Shown piece after piece: positions 9,224 to 18,509 of a stretch of 64,000 nucleotides of DNA. A program made the position numbers and the translations under genes. The stretch is taken from contig CAZTPC010000003.1 in assembly GCA_964615565.1 (NCBI GenBank), positions 68 to 64,067 of the forward strand. Direction: 5' to 3'. Source of the stretch: an uncultured Candidatus Saccharibacteria bacterium. Its GTDB lineage: Bacteria > Patescibacteriota > Saccharimonadia > Saccharimonadales > AWTP1-31. Within the stretch, counting starts at the first letter, position 1. Every line of letters starts with the position of its first letter. The notes under the pieces are model-generated. The model was not told the DNA's origin. It ran no database searches and saw only the letters and a program-made list of their open reading frames with translations.

Positions 9224-9531
9224 AAGGCGACCGATATCATACTTCTAAGAATAAAAAACATAACGATTAGGCCAAGTGCTCGTCGTAGGTAGTTAGTGCC
9301 TTGGAAAATCTCTAGCCATGACCAGGTGAATATCGAGCCAAATTGAACGGCTGCGAGCAACTGTTCAAATACAGGGGTAGGTGTTAGTGCTCCCGGTTCA
9401 TGAATAATCCTAAGCAAAACAGAACACACCGCCCAGACTATGAGCGGTGTGTTTGGTTTCTGGAACAAAGTTATCTGTCCCTTTTTGTCCTTGAGGCAAC
9501 GATCCAAAATGGTTTGATGCCCACTAGACAT
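9220..9531 (-). CDS. Small hypothetical membrane protein
   Basis: 103-aa ORF with 2-3 hydrophobic segments. It overlaps the downstream SGNH gene by 4 nt. TAGTAT (9543-9538) lies 6 nt upstream of the ATG. Confidence 0.5.
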   Translation of the reverse strand: MSSGHQTILDRCLKDKKGQITLFQKPNTPLIVWAVCSVLLRIIHEPGALTPTPVFEQLLAAVQFGSIFTWSWLEIFQGTNYLRRALGLIVMFFILRSMISVAL

Positions 9532-9544
9532 GTCTAAATACTAT

Positions 9545-9865
9545 TTAGAATGACCCACTAGTCACTTGACCTTGGTCGCCACCGCTTAACTCAGTAGCGG
9601 CAGGGTCAGTTGGATCTGCAGCAGGAATATCAACCGCTGGAGCGTCAACTGGTGCTTCTACTGGATCGACTGTCGGTAGATCAGCCAAAGGATCAGTAAT
9701 AGGATCTGCAGGAGCTGAAAGGTCAACCGGCTGTGCTGGTGCTGGTGCTTCTACAGGCTCTGTAGGTGTTACAACTGGATCTAGTGGTGCGGCAACAGGG
9801 TCTACTGCTGGTGCTGCAGCTGGATCAACAGCTGGTGGTGTTGTTTGGTCTTGTAATGGATCCAT
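9545..9865 (-). CDS. Acidic Pro/Ala/Val/Asp-rich low-complexity protein
   Basis: A GGAGGG Shine-Dalgarno lies 9 nt upstream of the ATG of MDPLQDQ. The protein carries PAVDP/PVEAP-type repeats throughout and has no TM segment or signal peptide. Confidence 0.45.
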   Translation of the reverse strand: MDPLQDQTTPPAVDPAAAPAVDPVAAPLDPVVTPTEPVEAPAPAQPVDLSAPADPITDPLADLPTVDPVEAPVDAPAVDIPAADPTDPAATELSGGDQGQVTSGSF

Positions 9866-9918
9866 ACTGGTTTCCCTCCACGTATGCTTCAAATTAATAT
9901 CAGGTTCAGTATATCACG

Positions 9919-11253
9919 CTAGACGCTAAACAATGTGCCGCTGAAAGTGAGTTCGTCTAGTACCATTTGTTGCGCGTTAGATAACTCTTCTCGACCAAAC
10001 GCTTCCAGATCTTTAATACAACGTTTTGACTGTTCAAGTAACTTCTTGTTTAGCTCAATTACTCTCGGATCGACTTGGAGAGCCCTATTGTTTAGTCCTA
10101 ATAGGCTAAGCGTATCTAACCTTCGCACTCGCGATAATGCGACATATCCCATTCCAGGAATAAATGACTTACTCAGATCGATTTGTGCTGCATCCAGTGT
10201 CATGCCTTGGCTTTTATGAACCGTTATAGCCCATGCCAGTCGTAGTGGTAACTGGCTAATTTCGGCTATAACTTCTTCACCATCTTCAACTCGCCAGCTG
10301 GCCAGAACAGTATCAATTGTCTTGCCATTTGTTGTCTCGACCACCGGCATGCCGTCTCCGTCAAAATCTACAACAACTCCAAGCGTACCGTTAACGTACC
10401 CCTTGGCATAGTTGTTCTGCACGAACATAACGAGCGCGCCTTTCTTGAGTTTTAAATCTTCTGGGGCTAAGCAACTTGCTATCAAAGCTTTGGCAACGGC
10501 ACGGTCTCCTTTATGGGTCATGGTGAACGTTGAGGACTTTCCTTCGAGTCGTTCGAGCTCCATGGTATTTATCGCATCTACATCGGTATTATGGGTATAC
10601 AACTTTGTCGGAACAATATGTTTGCCTAGTACTGCATCTCGTCGACCCATGAGACGCTCGAGTGATTGCTCACTTACCTCGCCAGCGCGCATTTCGTTGA
10701 GTAACTGGCTTAGATGATCGTCATCATGTCGGTATTGATCAGTAAGGTAGCAAATCTGAATATCCATCTCTGCCCACGAAGCTGCCGCAGTAACGTACTC
10801 CGCACGTCCACCACGTGTTACCGGTGGAAGCTGGAATAGGTCGCCGCACAATACCACCTGGATACCCCCAAAAGGTTCGTCCTTGCCATGCATTTTGCGA
10901 AGTACAGCGTCTACCATATCTAGACGGTAATGATGTAGCATCGAGACCTCGTCAATGATGAGCACTTTAGCATCGGCGATCGCCTCCCGATATTCTCGAT
11001 TCTTAAAAATCCCTTCTAGGTCAGTTGGTGTAAGAAATTCCTTAATTCCGATATGAGCCCACGAATGAATGGTCTTGCCGTTCATATGGGTGGCTGCAAT
11101 ACCCGTCGATGCCGTAATAGCAACTGAAACATGATTCTTCTTTAAGTATTTGATGTATTTATTAAGAACATATGTTTTTCCGCTACCAGCAGCCCCAGTC
11201 AAAAAGACATTTTTACCAAGTTTAAGAATATCCAGTGCCTGCTTTTGGGTCAT
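9919..11253 (-). CDS. PIF1/RecD-like SF1B ATP-dependent DNA helicase
   Basis: Walker A is LTGAAGSGKTYV and Walker B is LIIDEVSM. GDLFQLPPV, the C-terminal TVHKSQG and YVALSR motifs are also present. Confidence 0.8.
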   Translation of the reverse strand: MTQKQALDILKLGKNVFLTGAAGSGKTYVLNKYIKYLKKNHVSVAITASTGIAATHMNGKTIHSWAHIGIKEFLTPTDLEGIFKNREYREAIADAKVLIIDEVSMLHHYRLDMVDAVLRKMHGKDEPFGGIQVVLCGDLFQLPPVTRGGRAEYVTAAASWAEMDIQICYLTDQYRHDDDHLSQLLNEMRAGEVSEQSLERLMGRRDAVLGKHIVPTKLYTHNTDVDAINTMELERLEGKSSTFTMTHKGDRAVAKALIASCLAPEDLKLKKGALVMFVQNNYAKGYVNGTLGVVVDFDGDGMPVVETTNGKTIDTVLASWRVEDGEEVIAEISQLPLRLAWAITVHKSQGMTLDAAQIDLSKSFIPGMGYVALSRVRRLDTLSLLGLNNRALQVDPRVIELNKKLLEQSKRCIKDLEAFGREELSNAQQMVLDELTFSGTLFSV

Positions 11254-11342
11254 AGTTACTACATTCTAGCAGTCACAGTAGTCATAAGCGTTGTAATAAT
11301 ATAGCATTCTGTCCGGCTGGCTGTGGTACGATATACCTAAGC

Positions 11343-12134
11343 ATGAGTGGTTTAACTTCCTTACTCCTTAATTTAGCAATAGTCTTGGCGATCTATATGA
11401 CTGGCTGGTTTTTTGTATCAGTTGTTCGTCGGCGAAATGACCTAGCCGACATAGCCTGGGGGCTTGGATTTGTTTTAGTAGCAATTGTTTCACAGCTGTT
11501 CAATAGTAATCCTGGCGACCTATCAAAATTGAGTGTTGCACTTACAACTGTCTGGGGCCTACGACTGTCAGTACATATCCTCCTTCGCAACCGTGGCAAG
11601 AACGAAGACTTCAGATATGCGAAATGGCGACACGACTGGGGTAAGTACTTCTACCTTCGAAGCTATTTACAGGTATTTATCCTACAGGGTTTCTTACTCT
11701 TCTTAGTATCTCTGCCAGTCATTCTGACTGCTGGTCGATCGACAGCTACAAATCTACAAGTCTGGGCACTTGCAGGTCTAGTAACTTGGCTAACCGGGTT
11801 CTTCTTTGAGGCAGTTGGCGATCTACAACTCAGTCAGTTCGTTAGCAACCCAAAGAATAAAGGTAAAATCATGACCTCCGGACTATGGAAATACACCCGC
11901 CATCCAAACTACTTTGGCGAGGTTACACAGTGGTGGGGTCTATGGCTGATTCTATGTGCATCTACTCTACCTACCAGTTACAAACTTATTGGCTTAATAG
12001 GCCCAATGACGATCACCACTCTCATTCTTTTCGTATCTGGCGTTCCACTTCTAGAAAAGAAATACGCAAAAAATGCCGATTATAAGAAATATGCTGCCAA
12101 AACCAGTAAGTTTATCCCGCGCGACCCTCGGTAG
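11343..12134 (+). CDS. DUF1295 / steroid 5-alpha-reductase-like membrane protein
   Basis: Polytopic. It carries [14 protein letters not shown], the signature of this family. Confidence 0.65.
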   Translation: MSGLTSLLLNLAIVLAIYMTGWFFVSVVRRRNDLADIAWGLGFVLVAIVSQLFNSNPGDLSKLSVALTTVWGLRLSVHILLRNRGKNEDFRYAKWRHDWGKYFYLRSYLQVFILQGFLLFLVSLPVILTAGRSTATNLQVWALAGLVTWLTGFFFEAVGDLQLSQFVSNPKNKGKIMTSGLWKYTRHPNYFGEVTQWWGLWLILCASTLPTSYKLIGLIGPMTITTLILFVSGVPLLEKKYAKNADYKKYAAKTSKFIPRDPR

Positions 12135-12183
12135 TTACCCCTTCTTAAACGTCAATCCTTATGTTATAATAGAGGCAAGTTAA

Positions 12184-12205
12184 GACCGCATTAGCGGTTC
12201 TTTTA
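12184..12205 (+). terminator. Weak terminator-like hairpin between the DUF1295 gene and typA
   Basis: GACCGC-ATTA-GCGGTT followed by CTTTTATT. The stem is short (5-6 bp). A TGtTATAAT box at 12162-12170 lies just upstream. Confidence 0.3.
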
Positions 12206-12222
12206 TTAAGGAATCGGTATTT

Positions 12223-14046
12223 ATGAACCCAACAAAAATTCGCAACGTCGCTATTATTGCCCACGTGGACCACGGCAAGACTACTCTTGTTGATGGCCTC
12301 CTAAAACAATCTAATGTTTTCCGTGATAATCAGGCTGAGATGAACCAAGACTTGATCATGGACAGTAACGACCAAGAACGCGAACGCGGCATCACCATTA
12401 CAGCCAAGATCACCGCTGTGAAGCACGAAGATTACCACATCAATATTATCGATACTCCAGGGCACGCCGACTTCGGTGGCGAAGTAGAGCGAACTCTCAA
12501 TATGGCTGATGGCTGTCTACTTATTGTTGATGCCCAAGAAGGCCCAATGCCACAGACCAAGTTCGTGCTTACAAAAGCTCTTGCCCTTAACCTTAAGCCA
12601 ATTGTTATTATCAACAAGATCGACAAACCTGGTAGCCGTATTCAAGAAGTTGAGGACGAACTAGCCGACCTATTCCTTGAACTTGCCGTGCATGAAGATC
12701 AACTGCATTACCCAATCTACTACGCAATTGGCCGTGAAGGTAAAGCCTGGAAAGAAATGCCAAGCGATCCAAACGGCGAAGGCGACCTTTCTGTTATCTT
12801 TGACAGTCTCATTAACGACGTACCAGCTCCGAGTGTTGAACCAGATCAACCGTTCCAGATGCTCGTCACCGCGCTTACTTGGGACAGTTTCCAGGGTAAG
12901 TATGCGGTTGGTCGCATCAACCGTGGACAGATCAAAGCTGGACAACAGATCAGTCTCTGCAAAAAAGATGGCAGTATTGTTAAAGCTAAGATTGATAAGA
13001 TCTATAACCATCAAGGTCTAGCTAAGATCGAGATTCCTACCGCAATCGCTGGTGACATCGTCAGCGTGACCGGCTCAGGCGATGTACAAATTGGCGAAAC
13101 GCTTGCTGACGCTGAAAACCCAGAAGCACTACCTGTACTAGAAGTTGAAGCACCGACTCTTAAGATCTACCTTGGTCCAAACACTTCTCCATTCAAAGGC
13201 AAAGAAGCAGAATTCAACACCAGTCGCCAGATTTTAGAACGTCTTAACAAAGAACTCGAAACAAACATCGGCTTACAAGTCGAACAAGATGGTATTGGCT
13301 TCCTTGTTGCAGGTCGTGGTGAACTACACCTTAGTGTGCTTATCGAAACCATGCGCCGCGAAGGCTTTGAATTTGAAGTTGGTCGTCCACAAGTCGTTAC
13401 TCATCAAGAAGATGGCAAAACAATGGAGCCACTCGAAGAAGTTATTATCGAAGTTGGGGCTGAGCAAGTTGGTGCAGTTCAGGCAGAACTTGGCCAGCGA
13501 CGCGCCAACCTAAAAGAGCAGTTCACTACCAATAAAGGCGTGACCAAGCTTATCTACGAAATGCCTACCCGAACACTCTTAGGGCTACGGAATGTTCTAA
13601 TGACCGCTACCAAGGGTACGGCCATCATGAATAGCCTTATCATCGGCTACCAAGAGCTCGGCTCAGCCCTAGAGCAACAGCGTAATGGTGTACTTATCGC
13701 CTTCCAAACCGGTGCTACCACTGCATATGCCCTCCAAACCGTTGAAGAACGTGGAACGTGTTTTGTTGGCCCTGGTGTCCAGGTGTATGCCGGCCAAATT
13801 ATCGGTCTTAATACTCGTGGTGATGACATGGAAATTAACGTTGCTAAAGAAAAGCACCTAACCAACATGCGCAGCAGTAGTAGCGACGGTGTTGTACAGC
13901 TAACTCCACCCGTCATCTTCAGTCTTGAGCAATGTCTAGATTTCCTAGAAAGCGATGAGCTGCTAGAAGTAACTCCAAAGAGCCTGCGTCTACGCAAGCG
14001 CGAACTCGATCCAAACAAGCGCAAACGCGCTAAGAGTAACGCCTAG
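12223..14046 (+). CDS. typA: Translational GTPase TypA/BipA
   Basis: [19 protein letters not shown] (G1), [12 protein letters not shown] (G3) and NKID (G4) are present, with the full-length 607-aa EF-G-like architecture. Confidence 0.95.
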   Translation: MNPTKIRNVAIIAHVDHGKTTLVDGLLKQSNVFRDNQAEMNQDLIMDSNDQERERGITITAKITAVKHEDYHINIIDTPGHADFGGEVERTLNMADGCLLIVDAQEGPMPQTKFVLTKALALNLKPIVIINKIDKPGSRIQEVEDELADLFLELAVHEDQLHYPIYYAIGREGKAWKEMPSDPNGEGDLSVIFDSLINDVPAPSVEPDQPFQMLVTALTWDSFQGKYAVGRINRGQIKAGQQISLCKKDGSIVKAKIDKIYNHQGLAKIEIPTAIAGDIVSVTGSGDVQIGETLADAENPEALPVLEVEAPTLKIYLGPNTSPFKGKEAEFNTSRQILERLNKELETNIGLQVEQDGIGFLVAGRGELHLSVLIETMRREGFEFEVGRPQVVTHQEDGKTMEPLEEVIIEVGAEQVGAVQAELGQRRANLKEQFTTNKGVTKLIYEMPTRTLLGLRNVLMTATKGTAIMNSLIIGYQELGSALEQQRNGVLIAFQTGATTAYALQTVEERGTCFVGPGVQVYAGQIIGLNTRGDDMEINVAKEKHLTNMRSSSSDGVVQLTPPVIFSLEQCLDFLESDELLEVTPKSLRLRKRELDPNKRKRAKSNA

Positions 14047-14072
14047 AATCACTTTTGAGTTAGAATGTGGGT

Positions 14073-14192
14073 ATGGATATATTCGCCCACCACACAGTTG
14101 CCCACTCGGTTGAGAGCAACGCAATTTACTACCTCATTGCCGTAATAATTCTTGGGGTAATACTAGCCGTAAGTCTAGGGAGGAATAAGTAA
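14073..14192 (+). CDS. 39-aa mini-ORF encoding a single TM helix, stop overlapping the sodC ATG (TAATG)
   Basis: My translation is MDIFAHHTVAHSVESNAIYYLIAVIILGVILAVSLGRNK. It is not in the ORF track and may be the detached signal/anchor of SodC. Confidence 0.3.
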   Translation: MDIFAHHTVAHSVESNAIYYLIAVIILGVILAVSLGRNK

Positions 14193-14713
14193 TGACCGTT
14201 GACCTACTAGCCGAAGATAAAAAAGTCACCGCTACCGCTAAAGCTGTGCTCAAAGGTGATGATATCGATGGCCAAGCCACATTTACTGAATATGATGTTG
14301 ATGGATGGAAATACGTACACATCAAGCTTACCGTTAAGAGCAAGCTTGCGGCCGGCAAACATGCAGTTCACATCCACGAGAAGGCTGCATGCGACTGTGA
14401 AGGCTTTAAATGTGCTGGCGGCCACTTCGATCCAGGCCCCAACGGTAACACCGACCCAGATGCGAATCATGGCTATCATGCTGGCGACCTGCCAAGCATT
14501 ACTATCGATGAAGATGGCAACGGCGAATTACAGACCATCACTACCCGAGTCACTCTAAGCCCTGGTCCTGTGTCACTCCTCGGAAAAGAATCTGCGCCAG
14601 AAGGCACATCTATCATGATCCACGGTAATCACGATCCGTTCACACCTGGCGAAACAGGCTCCGGACACAGTGGTGGCCCACGAATGGCCTGCGGCAGTAT
14701 TGTCCAAGACTAA
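14192..14713 (+). CDS. sodC: Cu/Zn superoxide dismutase (no signal peptide in this ORF)
   Basis: All metal ligands are visible: HAVHIHE, GGHFDPG, NHGYHAGDLP and IHGNHD. The disulfide Cys pair is present. A GGGAGG Shine-Dalgarno lies upstream. Confidence 0.85.
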   Translation: MTVDLLAEDKKVTATAKAVLKGDDIDGQATFTEYDVDGWKYVHIKLTVKSKLAAGKHAVHIHEKAACDCEGFKCAGGHFDPGPNGNTDPDANHGYHAGDLPSITIDEDGNGELQTITTRVTLSPGPVSLLGKESAPEGTSIMIHGNHDPFTPGETGSGHSGGPRMACGSIVQD

Positions 14714-14731
14714 GAAATAACACAAGCAGTT

Positions 14732-14740
14732 TGCTACAAT
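14732..14740 (+). promoter_or_regulatory. Extended -10 TGcTACAAT, 7 nt upstream of the ATG at 14748 (leaderless-type)
   Basis: TGCTACAAT-AGTAGTA-ATG, with no Shine-Dalgarno. Confidence 0.4.
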
Positions 14741-14747
14741 AGTAGTA

Positions 14748-15605
14748 ATGGCAGATGCACTGGTACTGGATGGGGTAACTAAACGCTACCCGAATGGACG
14801 CGGGATTAAGAACGTCAGTTTTAGTGTTCCCAAGGGGGAAATCTTTGGTTTCCTTGGCCCTAATGGTGCCGGCAAAACGACAACTATCCGCACGATCATG
14901 GACTTTATGCGACCCGATAAAGGGACGATAACTATTCTCGACCTCGATGCGCACGATTCTTCAGTTACGGCAAAGTATCGTATCGGATACGTACCAGCCG
15001 ATAGACAGCTGTACCCAAACTGGACTGGCGAGAAGCACTTGGCCTTGTATCGATCTATGCGGCCCAAGAGCAAGCTAGATGTTTCAAAAAAACTGAATCT
15101 AGACATTCACACGCCGGTTAAACATCTCTCGACCGGTAACAAACAAAAGCTTGCTATCGCTCTAGCTCTCTGCGGACAACCAGACTTACTTATTATGGAT
15201 GAGCCGACTGCCGGCCTTGATCCACTCTTACAGCAAGCCATATACGAGATATTGGCTAAATATAAGCAGGCGGGTGGCACTATATTCTTGTCTTCACACA
15301 ATCTTGGAGAAGTTGAAAAGATCTGTGATCGGGTTGGGATTATAAAAGATGGTCGAATTGTTGCCGACCGAACCATGCAGGATATTCGGGATATGAATAT
15401 TCACGAAGTTAGTGTTGTCTCCGACAAACCACTTGCACTTACATTAGCCAACGTCCAGGTGATTCACGAGACAACAAATCATACCTCACTCCGTGTAACT
15501 GGCGACCTTAACCCGTTACTATCCCAGCTAGCAAAGCACAAAGTTGCCGACCTAGAGATAACCCACGCCAGCCTCGAAGACATCTTTCTGGAGTTCTACT
15601 CATGA
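14748..15605 (+). CDS. ABC transporter ATP-binding protein (ABC-2/DrrA-like)
   Basis: Walker A is GPNGAGKTT, the signature is LSTGNKQK, Walker B is LLIMDEPT and the H-loop is SSHNL. Confidence 0.9.
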   Translation: MADALVLDGVTKRYPNGRGIKNVSFSVPKGEIFGFLGPNGAGKTTTIRTIMDFMRPDKGTITILDLDAHDSSVTAKYRIGYVPADRQLYPNWTGEKHLALYRSMRPKSKLDVSKKLNLDIHTPVKHLSTGNKQKLAIALALCGQPDLLIMDEPTAGLDPLLQQAIYEILAKYKQAGGTIFLSSHNLGEVEKICDRVGIIKDGRIVADRTMQDIRDMNIHEVSVVSDKPLALTLANVQVIHETTNHTSLRVTGDLNPLLSQLAKHKVADLEITHASLEDIFLEFYS

Positions 15606-16417
15606 GCAGCATCATGAAGACTCTTATCGCAAAAGAACTCCGTGAACGTCGAACATCACTGATAGTCTACAGCCTTGTAGGTATCGGCTGCGTCTGGCTG
15701 TACGTATCAATCTTCCCATCTCTCCAAGGGCAAGCCAAGGAACTCAGCAAGGCGTATGCATCTATGCCAAAAGAAGTTCTCAAAGCATTTGGAGCCGAAG
15801 GCACAGGACTTAACACTGTAGAAAGTCTACTTGCCACTAAACAATTTGGGCTGGTTTGGCCAATCCTTGCAATACTTATCATGCTTAATCGATCAGCAAA
15901 CTACCTCGCAGGTGAAATAGAGAACGGCACGCTTGGGACGCTCCTAACACAGCCCTTAAGCCGTTCCCGCATATACCTAGCGAAGTACCTATCAGGGGTA
16001 TACACATTATTGATCTTCGTTATCTGTAGTGTCCTAATCAACATCCCAATCATTAGCGCCTACAAATTAGACTTCTCTGTGTCATACGAGCTACTATTCG
16101 CCATCGTCTGTACCTTGTTTGGCCTGGCTGTTCTCGGAGTTGGTATGCTTGTGTCTGCGCTCGCCACCGAGCGGAGCAAGGTCTATGGCATGATTGGTGG
16201 CGGAATAATGATAATGTTCATTCTCAACCTGGTATCTGGGCTAAAGCCCGCCCTCGACAATCTTAAGTACGGTTCCATCTTTTACTACTACAATGCTAAT
16301 GACATTATCGTGAATCATCATATAAACCAGGTATCGATCGCACTATTTGCCGGTATCGCAATAACTGGGTTTATTGCCGGGCTGATCGCCTTTAATCGGC
16401 GAGATATCCGGATCTAG
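15602..16417 (+). CDS. ABC-2 type transporter permease
   Basis: 4-nt overlap with the ATPase gene. It has 6 TM segments arranged as in ABC-2 permeases. Confidence 0.7.
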   Translation: MSSIMKTLIAKELRERRTSLIVYSLVGIGCVWLYVSIFPSLQGQAKELSKAYASMPKEVLKAFGAEGTGLNTVESLLATKQFGLVWPILAILIMLNRSANYLAGEIENGTLGTLLTQPLSRSRIYLAKYLSGVYTLLIFVICSVLINIPIISAYKLDFSVSYELLFAIVCTLFGLAVLGVGMLVSALATERSKVYGMIGGGIMIMFILNLVSGLKPALDNLKYGSIFYYYNANDIIVNHHINQVSIALFAGIAITGFIAGLIAFNRRDIRI

Positions 16418-17067
16418 TCTTCGGAAAGCTTACTGTTTTGCTCGCGCCACTTGGCGATCTCGGCATGATTACCACTAAGCAACACATCTGGCACTTTCAT
16501 CCCACGAAATTCTTCTGGTCGGGTGTACTGAGGAAACTCTAGAGTTTTACCATCACTGAAGCTTTCGATCTCTGTACTCTTCTCCCCACCGAGTACACCA
16601 GGGATAAGACGGATAACACTGTCGATGACTGTCATAGCAGGTAGTTCACCGCCGGTTAATACATAGTCGCCAACTGATACCTGACGGTCAACCACCGTAG
16701 TAATTCGTTCGTCGTAACCTTCGTAGCGGCCACAAATGATAATAAGCCCTTTGCCATCATCGGCAAGCTGCTGTGCTTTGGCTTGCACCCAGCGCTCGCC
16801 TCGAGCGGTCATCAGCAATACTAATGCGTCGGGGTCACTCTGCTTTGCAGATTCAACTGCAGCAAAGAGCGGTTCAGGTTTGAGCAGCATACCATCGCCA
16901 CCACCATATGGGGTATCGTCTACGGTCTGGCGAGGGCCAAGGCCAAAGTCGCGAAGATTAATATAACTGATCTCAAGATGATTCTTGTCTTGAGCTTTCC
17001 ACATCATGCTTGCATTCATAACGCCAGAGAACATCTCCGGGAAAAGCGTGATAACTTGTATTTTCAT
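16414..17067 (-). CDS. trmD: tRNA (guanine37-N1)-methyltransferase
   Basis: MKIQVITLFPEMF, PYGGGDGML, ICGRYEGYDERI, GDYVLTGGELPAM and LLSGNHAEIAKWR are classical TrmD blocks. Confidence 0.92.
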   Translation of the reverse strand: MKIQVITLFPEMFSGVMNASMMWKAQDKNHLEISYINLRDFGLGPRQTVDDTPYGGGDGMLLKPEPLFAAVESAKQSDPDALVLLMTARGERWVQAKAQQLADDGKGLIIICGRYEGYDERITTVVDRQVSVGDYVLTGGELPAMTVIDSVIRLIPGVLGGEKSTEIESFSDGKTLEFPQYTRPEEFRGMKVPDVLLSGNHAEIAKWREQNSKLSED

Positions 17068-17108
17068 AGGTTAATTATAGCGTACTTCTTGCAATTGTTG
17101 TAAAAATG

Positions 17109-17882
17109 TTACCGGATATCTATTGCTTCAGGCTTAAATTTTCGACCCCAATACCATAATAGAATACCTCTATATCCCATAGCGCGAGCCTTTCGAACAG
17201 AACCATACACTAAAGCCTTCTTATTCAGCCTAGCCTGGTGGCCGGGAATTAGTTGGCAAACTTTTAGATGTAGCTCTAGATCTTCGTCTGTATCATCGAT
17301 ACTTGACCGTGGGAAGCCACCTACCTGGAGGTATAGCTGTGATTCGATAGCCATATTTAGACCAGGTATCATAAATAGCGGATACTGCTGACCGGGGCGC
17401 CGAAAGAAGATTCGAGGCGAAAATTCTACTAAGCGGATGAGCATCTTGCCGAGTACTTGATCATACCACTTTGAAATCGCTTCATCAGTTCTTGGCTGCA
17501 ATCTACCCCCAACAATTCGGGCTCCAGTTCGAAAATCTTCCTTTAGTAGCTTTACCCAATCCTTACATGGTAAGGCATCTGCATCGGTGCGTGCGACTAC
17601 CGTTGCACCATTTTTGATTGCGTATCGAAAGCCAGTATCAGAAGCAGCACCAGTCCCCTTTTGCTTCTCGTGGATCAACCGGATACGCAGATTGGGATGT
17701 TTCTTAATGTAATCTTTTACAATCTTGGGCGATCGATCGGTACTGACATTATCGACACAAACCAGAGTAAAGTCGGTGTCACTCTGTGCTTTTAGGGCAT
17801 CAAGAGTACCCGTGATCAACTTCTCTTCATTATAAAAAGGGACGACAATCCAGAAGTTACTTTTTGTTTGTTTTTTGGCCAT
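17109..17882 (-). CDS. Family 2 glycosyltransferase
   Basis: WIVVPFYNEE, VCVDNVSTDRS and a DAD motif are present. The start is likely the ATG of MAKKQTK. Confidence 0.8.
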   Translation of the reverse strand: MAKKQTKSNFWIVVPFYNEEKLITGTLDALKAQSDTDFTLVCVDNVSTDRSPKIVKDYIKKHPNLRIRLIHEKQKGTGAASDTGFRYAIKNGATVVARTDADALPCKDWVKLLKEDFRTGARIVGGRLQPRTDEAISKWYDQVLGKMLIRLVEFSPRIFFRRPGQQYPLFMIPGLNMAIESQLYLQVGGFPRSSIDDTDEDLELHLKVCQLIPGHQARLNKKALVYGSVRKARAMGYRGILLWYWGRKFKPEAIDIR

Positions 17883-18432
17883 CGTTTTTGATTTTTTCAT
17901 AGAAGTACTTAAACATCAATATTGTGACCACCAGCACACATAGGCCACTGATCAGGTGCACTACGCTTTCTACGCCTTGCGTACTTACACTGTCGCTGAG
18001 TAAATATCCAGCTGTAAACAAGGTTACCCCTTTAAGTATCGAGGTTGCGATGCTCATTGTTAGAAAGGTCGGCAACCTCATCTCAGAAACCCCTGCGAGC
18101 ACAATGGCCGGCATAGCCAGGACATCTGACATCTTGGCAAAGAACAACGTCACCTTTCCATGCTTATCGTAATACCCCTTAACCACGGCTAGACGATGAT
18201 GATTAATGCCAACATATTTGGCGTATTTGCTCTCGAGCACGGCACTACTAGATCTGCCGATCAAGTAATAGGTAATATCACTAACAATATCTGCGATCAT
18301 CAAGACAGTTAACGCCACCGAAAAGTTCAAGCCTGTTGCAGGTAACGATAAGCCGGCACCGAGGGTGATTATGGATCCTTCCAGAAAATTCAGGACAAAA
18401 AGCATTAGATATCGGGATAGCGTGCCGCTCAT
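17857..18432 (-). CDS. DedA/VTT-domain family membrane protein
   Basis: The NFLEGSIITLGAG, YYLIGRSS, YDKHGKVTLFFAKMSD and LAGVSEMRLPTFL layout matches the DedA family. Confidence 0.55.
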   Translation of the reverse strand: MSGTLSRYLMLFVLNFLEGSIITLGAGLSLPATGLNFSVALTVLMIADIVSDITYYLIGRSSSAVLESKYAKYVGINHHRLAVVKGYYDKHGKVTLFFAKMSDVLAMPAIVLAGVSEMRLPTFLTMSIATSILKGVTLFTAGYLLSDSVSTQGVESVVHLISGLCVLVVTILMFKYFYEKIKNDGQKTNKK

Positions 18433-18509
18433 TACACTTATGATATATCAAACCATGAGTTTTGATGTTATACCTAATTCCGGTGTACTATCATTGCAAG
18501 AGGTAATCG

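Noticed and set aside
9545-9892. Repetitive DNA that might be a tandem-repeat or CRISPR-like array
   Set aside because: The repeats are imperfect, in-frame and codon-level (Pro/Ala/Val/Asp), with no spacer structure. It is a coding low-complexity region, not an array.
9919-11253. The PIF1-like helicase as a marker of a mobile element or defence island
   Set aside because: I saw no neighbouring integrase, nuclease, methylase or flanking repeats. The flanking genes are ordinary membrane and housekeeping types, so I treated it as a chromosomal helicase.
12670-13021. A pair of 114-aa ORFs inside typA: 12670-13014 on the minus strand and 12677-13021 on the plus strand in an alternative frame
   Set aside because: The typA frame carries unmistakable GTPase motifs across this region. 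The two ORFs have no motifs, no Shine-Dalgarno or promoter, and a low-complexity composition typical of off-frame translation.
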